Sequence record: SRR2962707_1739
Length of the DNA: 64,000 nt
Reading direction: 5' to 3' (one strand)
The position numbers were made by a program, and so were the translations under genes. The notes beneath the pieces are model-generated. The model had not been told where the DNA came from, ran no database searches, and was given only the letters and a program-made list of their open reading frames with translations. Positions 19,968-29,526 of this stretch are shown piece after piece. Within the stretch, counting starts at the first letter, position 1. Every line of letters starts with the position of its first letter.

Positions 19968-20591
19968 ATGAGCAAGCGCCAAAGTAATCGAGAAGAAATC
20001 TTTACTCGGATTTTAGAGGCTGCCGAGGTTGAGTTTGGCCTTAAAGGATACAGTGGCGCCAGTTTGCAGCACATCGCCGACCGTGCAAATCTCCCAAAAC
20101 CTAATATTGTTTACTATTTTCAATCGAAAGCGAATCTATACAAACAAGTGCTGAATCAAATCCTAATGGATTGGAATGATTTGTTTGATCAGGCAACCAT
20201 TGATGATGATCCTGCCGTTGTATTAGATGCTTTCATTCGAGAAAAATTAGCATTGAGTTTCACCAATCCTCGCTCTTCGCGTATTTTTGCGATGGAAGTA
20301 ATCGGTGGCGCCTTGCACATTGGCGACTATTTGAAAGAAGATTTGGTGCCCTGGCTGACGTCTCGTGTTGAGGTGATTCAAGGCTGGATTGATGCCGGCA
20401 AAATGCGCTCTATAGACCCAACCAGCCTCATTTTTATGATTTGGGCGACAACACAGCATTATGCCGATTTTGAGGCGCAAATATTGGCTTTGACCAACAA
20501 AGAAGCGTTAGTCGAAGAGGATTTAAAGCGCATAGGAGACACTGTCAGTAGTATTGTGTTGACTGGCGTTGGCTTAACCTTACCTAATTAA
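19968..20591 (+). CDS. TetR family regulator (RutR-like)
   Basis: N-terminal HTH LPKPNIVYYF; IWATTQHYADF. Confidence 0.88.
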   Translation: MSKRQSNREEIFTRILEAAEVEFGLKGYSGASLQHIADRANLPKPNIVYYFQSKANLYKQVLNQILMDWNDLFDQATIDDDPAVVLDAFIREKLALSFTNPRSSRIFAMEVIGGALHIGDYLKEDLVPWLTSRVEVIQGWIDAGKMRSIDPTSLIFMIWATTQHYADFEAQILALTNKEALVEEDLKRIGDTVSSIVLTGVGLTLPN

Positions 20592-20699
20592 CTACCTTAT
20601 CTAATTAGAAATGGTGTACGAAGACAAACTGCTGAGGAATAACACGGCGCCTTTGTTTCCTGATGCATTATGTTAAAGGGATGCTAAGGCGTAGATTTT

Positions 20700-20735
20700 A
20701 AGAGAGGGAGCATAATTTATTATGCTCCCTCTCTT
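20700..20735. repeat. Perfect 16-bp inverted repeat spanning the crbS stop
   Basis: aagagagggagcataa-ttta-ttatgctccctctctt. Confidence 0.85.
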
Positions 20736-23700
20736 TGTTTATGGATGTGTTGAATAAGGGCTCTTAATTTAGCGGGCTTGGCAGGTTTTGCCATATAAAG
20801 CACATTACTTTGTTTGCAGCGTTCGATAAGGTCTGCTTCTTGCAATGCTGTGATTAAAACTGCTGGAATGTCTTTGTTGGCTTTTTGGCGCAAGGCTGCG
20901 ATCAGTGAAAGGCCGTCTTGGTCTTGATTTAATTGATAATCGACAAGCAATAACTCTGCTTCGCCTTCCGCTTGTTTTGCATCTTCGATACTTTCAAACG
21001 TACGGCATTCACATTGCCAATGGGTTAATAAGGTTCGCATGGCAGCGAGGTTATTTTTATCGTCATCAATACACCAGACAGAACAGGTGGCGGTATGGCT
21101 CTGTACTTTGGGAGCGCCTAATGGTTTTTTATTTTCATTGTCTTGCTGCTGTTTTGCCAATGGAATAAGAATGCCAAAGCAACTTCCTTTGCCTGGTACT
21201 GAGCGTGTCTGTGTTTCCAGCCCCAGCTGGTTTTGCAATCGTCTTACCAGGCCTAATCCAAGTCCCATACCTTGCTCTGCGGTGTTTTCCCAGCGATAAA
21301 AATCATCGAATATTTTTTGTTGTTCGGATTCTGGAATGCCGATTCCCGTGTCCCAAACTTGCAACAGCGCGTGGTCTTTTCGTCGACGAGTACTCAGTAA
21401 TATATGTCCTTTTGTCGTATATTTAACGGCATTTGAGACAAAGTTTTGAATAATTCGGCGCAGATAAATGGGGTCGCTGTGTACTTGAAACGGTAAAATA
21501 TGGGTGGAAAGGGTGAGTGATTTGTCTTCTGCTATAACCCCAAACTCTGCCACAATCGGGGCGAGCAGGTCCGCTAAATGACAGTCGGATAATCTGGGTT
21601 TAATCGCCCCTTGGTCAAGACGGGCAATTTCGAGCAGAGTTGAAATCAGTGATTCAGTGGATTCTAACGCGTCTGATAATTTTCCCACGATTTCACCTGA
21701 CTCAGGCGCTAAATGGCTCGACTGAAGCACGCCCATATAGAGTTTTGCTGCATTTAATGGTTGCAGTATGTCGTGGCTGGCGAGAGCGAGAAACTCTGTT
21801 TTTGAGGCGTTTGCATGCTCTGCTTCCGCTTTCGCTTTAATAAGCGCTTGCTCTGCGATATTACGCCGAGAAATTTCAGCCATCAGCTCTTGGTTAATAC
21901 CTTGTACTTCCACCGTACGAGCTTCGACACGTTTTTCCAAATCGATGTTGGCTTCTTTAAGGGCTTGCTGGCTTTCGATGTGTTCTGTGACATCCGTGAA
22001 ACTGGTGACAAAGCCGCCATCAGGTAGGGGATTCCCAACCATCTCAATCACGCGGCCACTGGCTCTGCGGCGTAAAAAACGATGGCCGGAGCCTTTGCGA
22101 AGGTAATCTAAACGACGATTCACTAACTCTTCAATATCGCCGACACCACATTCACCGCGTTCCGCGTTGTAGCGAATTAAAGCTTCAACCGGAAGGCCAA
22201 TTTTCAACATGCCTTCGGGGTAGGGGTAAAGAGATAGATAGGTTTTATTCCAAGCCACCATGTGTAGATCTTTGTCTACCACGCTGATGCCTTGGTCTAA
22301 ATTGTCCATGGAAACGAACAATAAATTTTGGCTGAATTGAATGGCTTGGGTGGTTTCATCGAGATAAGTCACCATCTCTTCGACCTTGATCTGCTTATCG
22401 ACCAAGATAGAGTTGATGATGGTACGTGCGGATGAGCCGCCTAGTACGCCACCAAGAATACGTTCGCAATAGTCGATAAACAATCGATTCGGCGCCGCAT
22501 TAGGAGACAGGTTTTGGGTGTAATCGTGCTCGAATGTCTGTAAAACGCGCTGACTTTTTTGGGCTCCTAAAAAGGTTTCTAATAAAACAAATAAGTCGCT
22601 GTTTAAAGCTTTGCTTTTGGGTTTAAAAAAGCGCTTTTCCAATTCGGCTGTAGGGCTGACGAAAGCGGTTGCTTGTATGCGGTCTATGAGGCGTTCAGAG
22701 GACAAAACAGAACCTCCAATATAGCCTATGATATTGGCAATTAAACTGATAAAGGCGCCATAGCTCAGTAAATTAGAGCGTGACTCAGGATTATCTAATG
22801 CCCAGTTCATATTGCCGGTAAGCGGCAGCATGAGTAATAAAATCCAGCATAAAAAGCCTAACGTTAAGCCGGTATAAACGCCATAGGCGTGGCCTCGCTT
22901 CCAATAGAGTCCGCCAAGTACCGCTGGCAACAGCTGGAGAACCAAGGAGAAGGCGACTAATCCGGTTCCGGCCAGTGATTCGCTGTTCGCCATTTTCTGA
23001 TAATAAAGGAACGACAGCATCAAAATTCCGGCCATCGCAAAACGACGAATAATCAAAATACGGCGGCGATAAATCGGCAGACCTTGCTGCTGTGCGTTAG
23101 CTCGTGCCAACATCAAAGGTAGGATGACATCGTTGCTAATCATGATGCTTAATGCAAACGTGGAAATGATAATCATGGCTGTAGTAGCGGACATGCCCCC
23201 CAGAAAAATCAGCATTTGCAGTGCTAAGTTATCCGACGCGAGTGCGAACTGAATGACGTAGGTGTCGGCGTTGATATCACTGGAAAATAAACTTTGTCCA
23301 GCAATGGCCAAAGGCGGAATGATAAGGGCAAATATCAATAAATAGAGAGGAAACAGCAATCGTGCCATGCTTGATTGGCGGTTGTCTTGATGGTCCACCA
23401 CAGTGACGTGAAATTGCCGAGGCAGGCAGATAACCGCGGCGGCCGACATAAGCGTTTGCATGATAAAAGAAAAAGACAGTAATTGGTCTGTATGCCAAGC
23501 GCTAAAGTCGATAGAAAGCGCTCTCCAGCTGGGTGCAGAATGCTTCATCATGATGATGGCAACAATGCCCACCGCGACAATAGCGATCAACTTAAACAGT
23601 GACTCAGCGCCAATGGCGAGCATCATTCCTGAACGGTACTCTGTTACTTCGACTTTGCGCGTGCCAAACAACATGGCAAAAACGCCAATAAGAATGGTAG

Positions 23701-24175
23701 CAATAAAAACCACCAAGTTGGCCGAGGACTCTTCTTGATTAACAAACAAAGCAAAGTTGGAACCAATGGCCTTTAGTTGCAGAGCGATATACGGAATAAT
23801 GGCCAGCATGGCAATTAAAATGACCAAGGGGGCAGTCATTGGGCGCTTGCCATAACGAGATGAAATAAAGTCTGCGATGGAGGTGATGTTTTGCTTTCGA
23901 CTGACCAAGATCATCTTACGAATAAAGGGAAAGGCGAACAGATACAGTAAGATAGGGCCTAATAAAACCGGTAAGTAGTTCCAGCCAGAGCGAGAGGCTT
24001 CGCCGATTGCGCCATAAAACGTCCAAGCGGTACAATAGATCGCCAATGAAAGGCTGTAGACGACAGGATGGCGAGTCAGTTTCTTAGCAATAGGGCTTTC
24101 TTTATCGCCCCATATCGCGATCCAAAACAAGCCTAAAATATAAAGAATGGCCAATAAAACCCAAAAAACCGTCAT
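20720..24175 (-). CDS. crbS: CrbS/MxtR-type hybrid sensor kinase (SLC5-STAC-PAS-HisKA-HATPase-REC)
   Basis: N-terminal SSS permease (YCTAWTFYG, CLPRQFHV), PAS, ASHDILQPL H-box, DTGIG, C-terminal receiver. Confidence 0.88.
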   Translation of the reverse strand: MTVFWVLLAILYILGLFWIAIWGDKESPIAKKLTRHPVVYSLSLAIYCTAWTFYGAIGEASRSGWNYLPVLLGPILLYLFAFPFIRKMILVSRKQNITSIADFISSRYGKRPMTAPLVILIAMLAIIPYIALQLKAIGSNFALFVNQEESSANLVVFIATILIGVFAMLFGTRKVEVTEYRSGMMLAIGAESLFKLIAIVAVGIVAIIMMKHSAPSWRALSIDFSAWHTDQLLSFSFIMQTLMSAAAVICLPRQFHVTVVDHQDNRQSSMARLLFPLYLLIFALIIPPLAIAGQSLFSSDINADTYVIQFALASDNLALQMLIFLGGMSATTAMIIISTFALSIMISNDVILPLMLARANAQQQGLPIYRRRILIIRRFAMAGILMLSFLYYQKMANSESLAGTGLVAFSLVLQLLPAVLGGLYWKRGHAYGVYTGLTLGFLCWILLLMLPLTGNMNWALDNPESRSNLLSYGAFISLIANIIGYIGGSVLSSERLIDRIQATAFVSPTAELEKRFFKPKSKALNSDLFVLLETFLGAQKSQRVLQTFEHDYTQNLSPNAAPNRLFIDYCERILGGVLGGSSARTIINSILVDKQIKVEEMVTYLDETTQAIQFSQNLLFVSMDNLDQGISVVDKDLHMVAWNKTYLSLYPYPEGMLKIGLPVEALIRYNAERGECGVGDIEELVNRRLDYLRKGSGHRFLRRRASGRVIEMVGNPLPDGGFVTSFTDVTEHIESQQALKEANIDLEKRVEARTVEVQGINQELMAEISRRNIAEQALIKAKAEAEHANASKTEFLALASHDILQPLNAAKLYMGVLQSSHLAPESGEIVGKLSDALESTESLISTLLEIARLDQGAIKPRLSDCHLADLLAPIVAEFGVIAEDKSLTLSTHILPFQVHSDPIYLRRIIQNFVSNAVKYTTKGHILLSTRRRKDHALLQVWDTGIGIPESEQQKIFDDFYRWENTAEQGMGLGLGLVRRLQNQLGLETQTRSVPGKGSCFGILIPLAKQQQDNENKKPLGAPKVQSHTATCSVWCIDDDKNNLAAMRTLLTHWQCECRTFESIEDAKQAEGEAELLLVDYQLNQDQDGLSLIAALRQKANKDIPAVLITALQEADLIERCKQSNVLYMAKPAKPAKLRALIQHIHKQREGA

Positions 24176-24255
24176 CGATTGAATTACCTTTCCTTCGACT
24201 TATCATTATTGTTAATAGCAAACCAATGTATCATAGCTAACCTAACAATCCTCTA

Positions 24256-24267
24256 CGACTTAGGTCG
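24256..24267. promoter_or_regulatory. Putative CrbR box upstream of crbS / DOPA dioxygenase
   Basis: CGAC-TTAG-GTCG palindrome, GAC-N4-GTC core. Confidence 0.55.
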
Positions 24268-24324
24268 CTATCCTGATGAAATTAGGGCGGCTACTGTGTT
24301 ATATGAATCATTAGGAATGTAATT

Positions 24325-24681
24325 ATGCCTACTCATTTGTCAGAAAAAAGTATTAAGGCGTTTCATGCACATCTTTATTTCAAAGATGAAGTTGGTACAG
24401 AAATCGCTAAGAAAGTTGCACAACAAGCGGCAGAATTGTTTGATATTAAAGTTGGCCGCTTCCATCAAAAGCCAGTTGGCCCTCATCCATTGTGGAGTTG
24501 CCAATTGTCCTTTGCCGTGGAAACCTTTTCAAAAATAGTCCCCTGGTTGATGTTTCATCGTCAGTCTTTGGATGTCTTTTTGCACCCACTAACGGGAGAT
24601 GACTATGTGGACCACACACAAGGTATTAGTTGGTTAGGACATTCTCATCCCCTTAACCTTGCTCAATTTACCCCTAAATAA
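24325..24681 (+). CDS. DOPA 4,5-dioxygenase family protein
   Basis: FHAHLYF, PVGPHP, FLHPLTGDDYVDH, WLG. Confidence 0.9.
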   Translation: MPTHLSEKSIKAFHAHLYFKDEVGTEIAKKVAQQAAELFDIKVGRFHQKPVGPHPLWSCQLSFAVETFSKIVPWLMFHRQSLDVFLHPLTGDDYVDHTQGISWLGHSHPLNLAQFTPK

Positions 24682-24705
24682 GGGACTTTCTAGAAAAGGT
24701 ATTTT

Positions 24706-25353
24706 ATGGAAGATTGGTTCAAACAGTTTATTATTTTATGGTCGGTTATCGATCCAATTGGTACCGTGCCAGTATTTTTAGCGGTAACCGCAGGACTCGC
24801 TAGTCCTTCTTTAGCTCGTAAGCTCGCGCTAAAAGCCGTGCTTATTTCGGCGCTCGTATTGCTCTTTTTTGTGATTGCTGGTGAGTATCTTCTAAACGAA
24901 ATGGGCATACCGCTTGAAGCCTTTCAAATCGCGGGTGGCTTGGTTCTCTTCCTGTTCGCCTTGACGATGATCTTTGGTGAAAGTAAGCCGGATGAAGAGA
25001 TGGGCATAGTGGAAAAAGGAATGCACAGTGCGGTATTTCCGTTGGCCATACCTTCCATTGCTTCACCAGGGGCGATGATGGCTGCTGTGCTATTAACAGA
25101 TAACAATCGTTTTTCTGTGATGCATCAGTTTGTCACCACCATGGTGATGTTAAGTGTCTTGTTTGTGACCTTTATTTTAATGTTGCTGGCTACTCGTATT
25201 CAAAAAATTATCGGTGTGGCTGGTGCCAGTGTGATTAGTCGAGTCATGGGCTTGATTCTAGCGGCGGTAGCGGTGAACTCTGTATTAACAGGGATTCAGC
25301 AGTATTTTGATTTGCATACGGCAATCAGTACTAAGGATTCGTTGGGGCTGTAA
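24706..25353 (+). CDS. MarC family membrane protein
   Basis: IDPIGTVP, FPLAIPSIASPG, SRVMGLILAA. Confidence 0.92.
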   Translation: MEDWFKQFIILWSVIDPIGTVPVFLAVTAGLASPSLARKLALKAVLISALVLLFFVIAGEYLLNEMGIPLEAFQIAGGLVLFLFALTMIFGESKPDEEMGIVEKGMHSAVFPLAIPSIASPGAMMAAVLLTDNNRFSVMHQFVTTMVMLSVLFVTFILMLLATRIQKIIGVAGASVISRVMGLILAAVAVNSVLTGIQQYFDLHTAISTKDSLGL

Positions 25354-25595
25354 ACGCCCATTGTGGACGCTGTATTTTATGATATTTTGCCTACGGGTAA
25401 AAAAAATGAAAGCGGGCCCTAGAAAAATCGTCGATCGTCCCAAACTTTATGGCTAACGGTAGTTATTAGCACTATGGAAGGTTATCATAGTGCGACAAAC
25501 TACAGTTTGGGTTCGTGTTGTGGCGGTGTATCGCAAAGTCTGTTTGCTTCTATCAAGCACTCGTTCCCCTATTCATATTTAAGCAGGAGAAGACA

Positions 25596-26078
25596 ATGCA
25601 AATCGCAGAAAACGCCGTTGTAAGCATGCACTACACATTGACAGATGAACAAGGTCAAGAATTGGACTCTTCCATTGGCCAAGAGCCACTTGTATTTTTG
25701 AGTGGCGCACAAAATATCATTGATGGGCTAGACAAAGCGCTTCAAGGTAAAACGGCGGGTGAGAAACTAACGGTTTCTGTTGCACCTGAAGAAGGTTACG
25801 GTGACGTTCATCAAGAATTGATTCAAAAAGTACCACACGATAACTTCCAAGGTGTTGATGATATCCAAGTGGGTATGCAATTCATGGCGCAAACGCCAGG
25901 TGGTCAACAGCCAGTAACCGTTATTGGTGTTGAAGAAGATGGCGTTATGCTAGACGGCAATCACCCATTAGCGGGTAAAACATTGAATTTTGATGTTGAG
26001 ATTGTTGACGTTCGTGAAGCTGTTGCTGAAGAACTAGAACACGGTCATGTGCATGGCGAAGGCGGTCACCAGCACTAG
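25596..26078 (+). CDS. slyD: FKBP-type PPIase SlyD
   Basis: MQIAENAVVSMHYTL, DGNHPLAGKTL, His-rich tail HGHVHGEGGHQH; aggag RBS. Confidence 0.93.
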   Translation: MQIAENAVVSMHYTLTDEQGQELDSSIGQEPLVFLSGAQNIIDGLDKALQGKTAGEKLTVSVAPEEGYGDVHQELIQKVPHDNFQGVDDIQVGMQFMAQTPGGQQPVTVIGVEEDGVMLDGNHPLAGKTLNFDVEIVDVREAVAEELEHGHVHGEGGHQH

Positions 26079-26122
26079 GCTATTGAATAGCGATATTGAT
26101 TCGCTATCATAGGGTTAATGAG

Positions 26123-26153
26123 AAACGGTATCCTTAATGGGTACCGTTTTTTT
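26123..26153 (+). terminator. Intrinsic terminator of slyD
   Basis: aaacggtatcc-ttaat-gggtaccgttt followed by a T run. Confidence 0.8.
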
Positions 26154-26212
26154 ATGTCTGCTATTTATCGCTGGGCAGAGTGGATGAAAAAACGGATTGA
26201 TAACGAGAGGAT

Positions 26213-26821
26213 TTGGTCGTGGAAGAATGTACGTTTGCTGAGCTAGAGTCAAAAATATTGGCCTGTACTGCTTGTGCGCGTTTGCTACCTCATAAGCCTA
26301 AACCTATTTTACAAATTCACCAACAAGCGAAAATACTCATCGCCGGACAAGCGCCAGGGCAACGAGCGCATGATGCGAATTTACCGTTTGATGATCCCAG
26401 TGGCGACAGGCTAAGGGATTGGCTTGGGGTCTCAAAAGACACCTTTTATAACCCTACAAAAATTGCTTTGGTGCCAATGGGGTTTTGTTTTCCTGGGGCG
26501 GGCAAGTCAGGGGATTTAGCCCCTAGAAAAGAATGCGCTGAGAAATGGCGTGACCCACTTCTTCGCCAGTTAACACACGTAAAACTGACGGTTATTCTGG
26601 GGACTTATGCGCAAGCTTACCATCTGGAAACGAATCGAAAAACGACACTGACAGAACAAGTTAAAGCCTCAAAAGCTTGGCTTGAGCAGGGCAAGATAGT
26701 CTTGCCCCACCCAAGCCCAAGAAACAATCGTTGGCTGGCTCAGAATCGCTGGTTTGAGGAGGAAATATTGCCTCTGTTAAAAGCGCGCATAGAGCAGATA
26801 TTGTCTACTCACGAAGCATAG
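26213..26821 (+). CDS. Uracil-DNA glycosylase superfamily protein
   Basis: GQAPG, PFDDPSGDRLRDW, LPHPSPRN, N-terminal CxxC. Confidence 0.88.
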   Translation: MVVEECTFAELESKILACTACARLLPHKPKPILQIHQQAKILIAGQAPGQRAHDANLPFDDPSGDRLRDWLGVSKDTFYNPTKIALVPMGFCFPGAGKSGDLAPRKECAEKWRDPLLRQLTHVKLTVILGTYAQAYHLETNRKTTLTEQVKASKAWLEQGKIVLPHPSPRNNRWLAQNRWFEEEILPLLKARIEQILSTHEA

Positions 26822-27254
26822 AAATATGCTCAATGCCGTCTTCTAAATAGGGCTTAGACACAGTGACAAAACCATGGGAAGCGTAGAAGTTTTCAAGATG
26901 TGATTGAGCCCCGATTTTGATGCCAATGTTAGGCCAGAGCGTGAGTGTTTGGTTAATGGCTTGCTCAATCAGGGCATGACCCAGTTTGTCTTTTCGGTTG
27001 TTTGGCGCCACCACGACACGTCCTATACTCGAATATAGCGGATAGCTTGCCTCAACAGGCAAGAGTCTTGCGTAGGCGATGAGATGGCCTTCTTGAACCG
27101 CATAGAGGTGCTGTGTATCTGGCAAACGATCTAGGTCATCGAGGTCAGGGTAGGGACAGTTTTGCTCAACGACAAAGACGTTGCTGCGCAGTTTGAGTAA
27201 GTCATAAAGCGTGTCTACAGAGAGCTCATGGAATTTTCTGCAATACCAATTCAT
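26805..27254 (-). CDS. elaA: ElaA-like GNAT acetyltransferase
   Basis: LRSNVFVVEQNCPY, IGRVVV, IGAQSHL, YLEDGIEH. Confidence 0.85.
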   Translation of the reverse strand: MNWYCRKFHELSVDTLYDLLKLRSNVFVVEQNCPYPDLDDLDRLPDTQHLYAVQEGHLIAYARLLPVEASYPLYSSIGRVVVAPNNRKDKLGHALIEQAINQTLTLWPNIGIKIGAQSHLENFYASHGFVTVSKPYLEDGIEHISMLRE

Positions 27255-27368
27255 TCTTTCCCTTATTCTTAAATAGTCTTGCTTGATTAGCACGATGTGA
27301 TCAATTGATTATCGGCCAAAAAGAAACTGGCATAAAGTCGTTTGATAAGATCACAATGAGAGTTAAGT

Positions 27369-27605
27369 ATGCCAGAGTACATAGTATATGGTCAGGACGC
27401 CTGCTTATTTTGTCGGCGTGCACGGAAAGTATTAGAAGAGCATGGTATCGCTTTTCAATTTATTGATGTGCTCAAAGAGTCAATATCACGGTCAGCGCTC
27501 ACAAAGGTGATAGGGCACGATGTGTATACTTTGCCACAAATTTTTAAAGGGTCCCATTATTTGGGCGGATTTCATGAACTGCAAAAATATTTTGGCATCA
27601 TCTAA
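27369..27605 (+). CDS. Glutaredoxin
   Basis: CLFC dithiol, TLPQIF, LGGF. Confidence 0.85.
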   Translation: MPEYIVYGQDACLFCRRARKVLEEHGIAFQFIDVLKESISRSALTKVIGHDVYTLPQIFKGSHYLGGFHELQKYFGII

Positions 27606-27791
27606 TAGAAAATTAGGTAAACAGAGAGAGAAAAAAGAAAACTGAACAGAAGAGGGCGCTTTATTGCTTGAAGAAGAGAGCTGTGATGCAGAGAAGTGAG
27701 CAAGTGCATGTATTGTTATTTTTCATGCTACTCATATATCACTAGGATTGCTTAAGCGAGAGTGACTTACTTACTTTATTGTAAGCCAGTA

Positions 27792-28004
27792 TTACGCTTG
27801 GTGTTTACGTGGCTGAATGCTTGGTACTAGAGCATTTTTAACTTTTACTAAGCCTTTTTTAACGCTCTTGTAGGCGTAAAATGCAACTTCAATCATAGTT
27901 TCACTTCTTTCAGCGCTAACGATAGCGTTGTTTTTTTCTGCTTCAGTTAAGTAGCTACCGTCAATTCCTTTGATCAGTTCAGCAAGACGTTGTGAGTTAT
28001 TCAT
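27792..28004 (-). CDS. Small hypothetical protein (70 aa)
   Basis: Strong AGGAG RBS 6 nt before ATG; occupies an intergenic gap. Confidence 0.7.
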   Translation of the reverse strand: MNNSQRLAELIKGIDGSYLTEAEKNNAIVSAERSETMIEVAFYAYKSVKKGLVKVKNALVPSIQPRKHQA

Positions 28005-28135
28005 GGTGGTCTCCTATCAGGTTTTATTTCGATAATGAGATGATAGGAAGTTGCGTCATATAAGACAAACGATAAAAAATATCCTCAAAGGTGAGAAAAA
28101 CTCATCAATAGGAAAAACGTTATTTTATCATGGGC

Positions 28136-28792
28136 TTATAGCGGATTATCGTCAGGCCAGGTCTCAAAGTGAATGGCATTTTTAGCGTCTCGTCTTGGCA
28201 ACCAGCCAAGGCGTTCTAAGTCCGGTGTCGTTTGGAATTGCTCTACGTAACCAACGCATAAATAGGCGATGATATCTATGTTGTCAGGGATGTTTAACGT
28301 GTCTCTAACAACATTATCATGAACAATGCTGACCCAACCGACACCGACATTTTCAGCTCTTGCTGCGAGCCATAAATTTTGTACGGCGCACACAGCACTA
28401 AAAAGGTCCATTTCAGGTTTTACTGTTCGTCCTAACACCACAGACCCTGTTCGGCTGCGGTCACAAGTAACGCAAATACCAAGAGGTGCTTCTTCGATGC
28501 CTTCTAGCTTTAAAGCTTGGTATTGGGCTTTACGTTCGCCTTCAAAAAGTTCGGATGATTGGGCATGGGCGTCTAGAAAACCCTGCTTTATTTTCTTCTT
28601 GGAGGTCGCGCTCTTTACCACAATAAAGTCCCAAGGCTGCATAAAACCAACACTTGGAGCATGGTGTGCTGCGAGTAAGATACGCTCTAATACGTCATCA
28701 GGTATGGCGGTGTCGGTGAATTCACGGCGTACGTCTCGGCGCGAGAAAATGGTTTTGTATACCGCGTCACGTTCTTCTGGAGAAATGGTCAT
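28136..28792 (-). CDS. bluB: 5,6-dimethylbenzimidazole synthase
   Basis: RRDVRREF, AHHAPSVGFMQPW, LKLEGI, WLAARAENVGVGWVS. Confidence 0.93.
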   Translation of the reverse strand: MTISPEERDAVYKTIFSRRDVRREFTDTAIPDDVLERILLAAHHAPSVGFMQPWDFIVVKSATSKKKIKQGFLDAHAQSSELFEGERKAQYQALKLEGIEEAPLGICVTCDRSRTGSVVLGRTVKPEMDLFSAVCAVQNLWLAARAENVGVGWVSIVHDNVVRDTLNIPDNIDIIAYLCVGYVEQFQTTPDLERLGWLPRRDAKNAIHFETWPDDNPL

Positions 28793-28866
28793 AACAGCCT
28801 AAGGTTCAATCTTAAAAGACAGGCATTATGACGCCGAATGAATAGGGATGCCAACGAAGGGATAGC

Positions 28867-28897
28867 ACTAAGAGATGAATAGACTTCATCTCTTAGT
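28867..28897. terminator. 13-bp hairpin between the hypothetical gene and bluB
   Basis: actaagagatgaa-tagac-ttcatctcttagt. Confidence 0.55.
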
Positions 28898-28910
28898 TAT
28901 AAATTGGGTA

Positions 28911-29426
28911 CTAGCCTGCTTTTTCACATACGGCGTTGATTAAGGGGTCGTTGGCCTTTAGAGCATGCCAGTGGCTATCCTCAAGATGAGAAGGGCTAAA
29001 TGCAGTGGTGAAATCCGTGCGCGCCGCTTTTACGCAATCAACAATTTGTGGCACTCGTTTCGCTAAGTGACGGCGCTCGAAGAAATAGAGGTCGACGAGC
29101 ACAAGATCAGAGTCGACTTTATTTTTAGCTGAGTTACTTACATCTGCGGCAATGAAACGCATGGTTTGAGGGTAAACATAACTCCAAGGACGCCATGGTG
29201 CTTCTTCTTGAACGGCCTTAATAACGACGAGGCCATTAGGCAATAAACTTTTCTGGTGATCGTACCAATTGTATTCACCGTGTACTTGGAAACCTAACAT
29301 CGCAAGGCCTGCAAATGTTGGGACTAACCACTTAGGGGCTTTTTTCTTAGACAATGTTCGAATAAAAAGGGCAATACCAGCGCCTCCTATTCCTGCAAAT
29401 ACCGTTGCTATTAATTCCCAAAACAT
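28911..29426 (-). CDS. Hypothetical protein with two N-terminal TM segments
   Basis: MFWELIATVFAGIGGAG, WRPWSY; downstream of actP. Confidence 0.75.
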   Translation of the reverse strand: MFWELIATVFAGIGGAGIALFIRTLSKKKAPKWLVPTFAGLAMLGFQVHGEYNWYDHQKSLLPNGLVVIKAVQEEAPWRPWSYVYPQTMRFIAADVSNSAKNKVDSDLVLVDLYFFERRHLAKRVPQIVDCVKAARTDFTTAFSPSHLEDSHWHALKANDPLINAVCEKAG

Positions 29427-29476
29427 AGTCTTCTCTCTGTGTGTGCGATCTTTGTTTAAACAAACATAAATGAAAT

Positions 29477-29512
29477 AAAAAGATCGAGCACCATCATGGA
29501 TGCTCGATCTTT
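29477..29512 (-). terminator. Intrinsic terminator of actP
   Basis: aaagatcgagca-N10-tgctcgatcttt. Confidence 0.75.
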
Positions 29513-29526
29513 CTCATTGATCCATA

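Noticed and set aside
25596-26078. SlyD as the dedicated Ni chaperone for NiSOD
   Set aside because: Housekeeping gene 9 kb away with no shared regulatory signal; the link is not supported by this sequence
26213-27254. UDG-family gene plus GNAT as a defence or toxin-antitoxin system
   Set aside because: They are convergent, both are common standalone families, and no antitoxin or defence context is present
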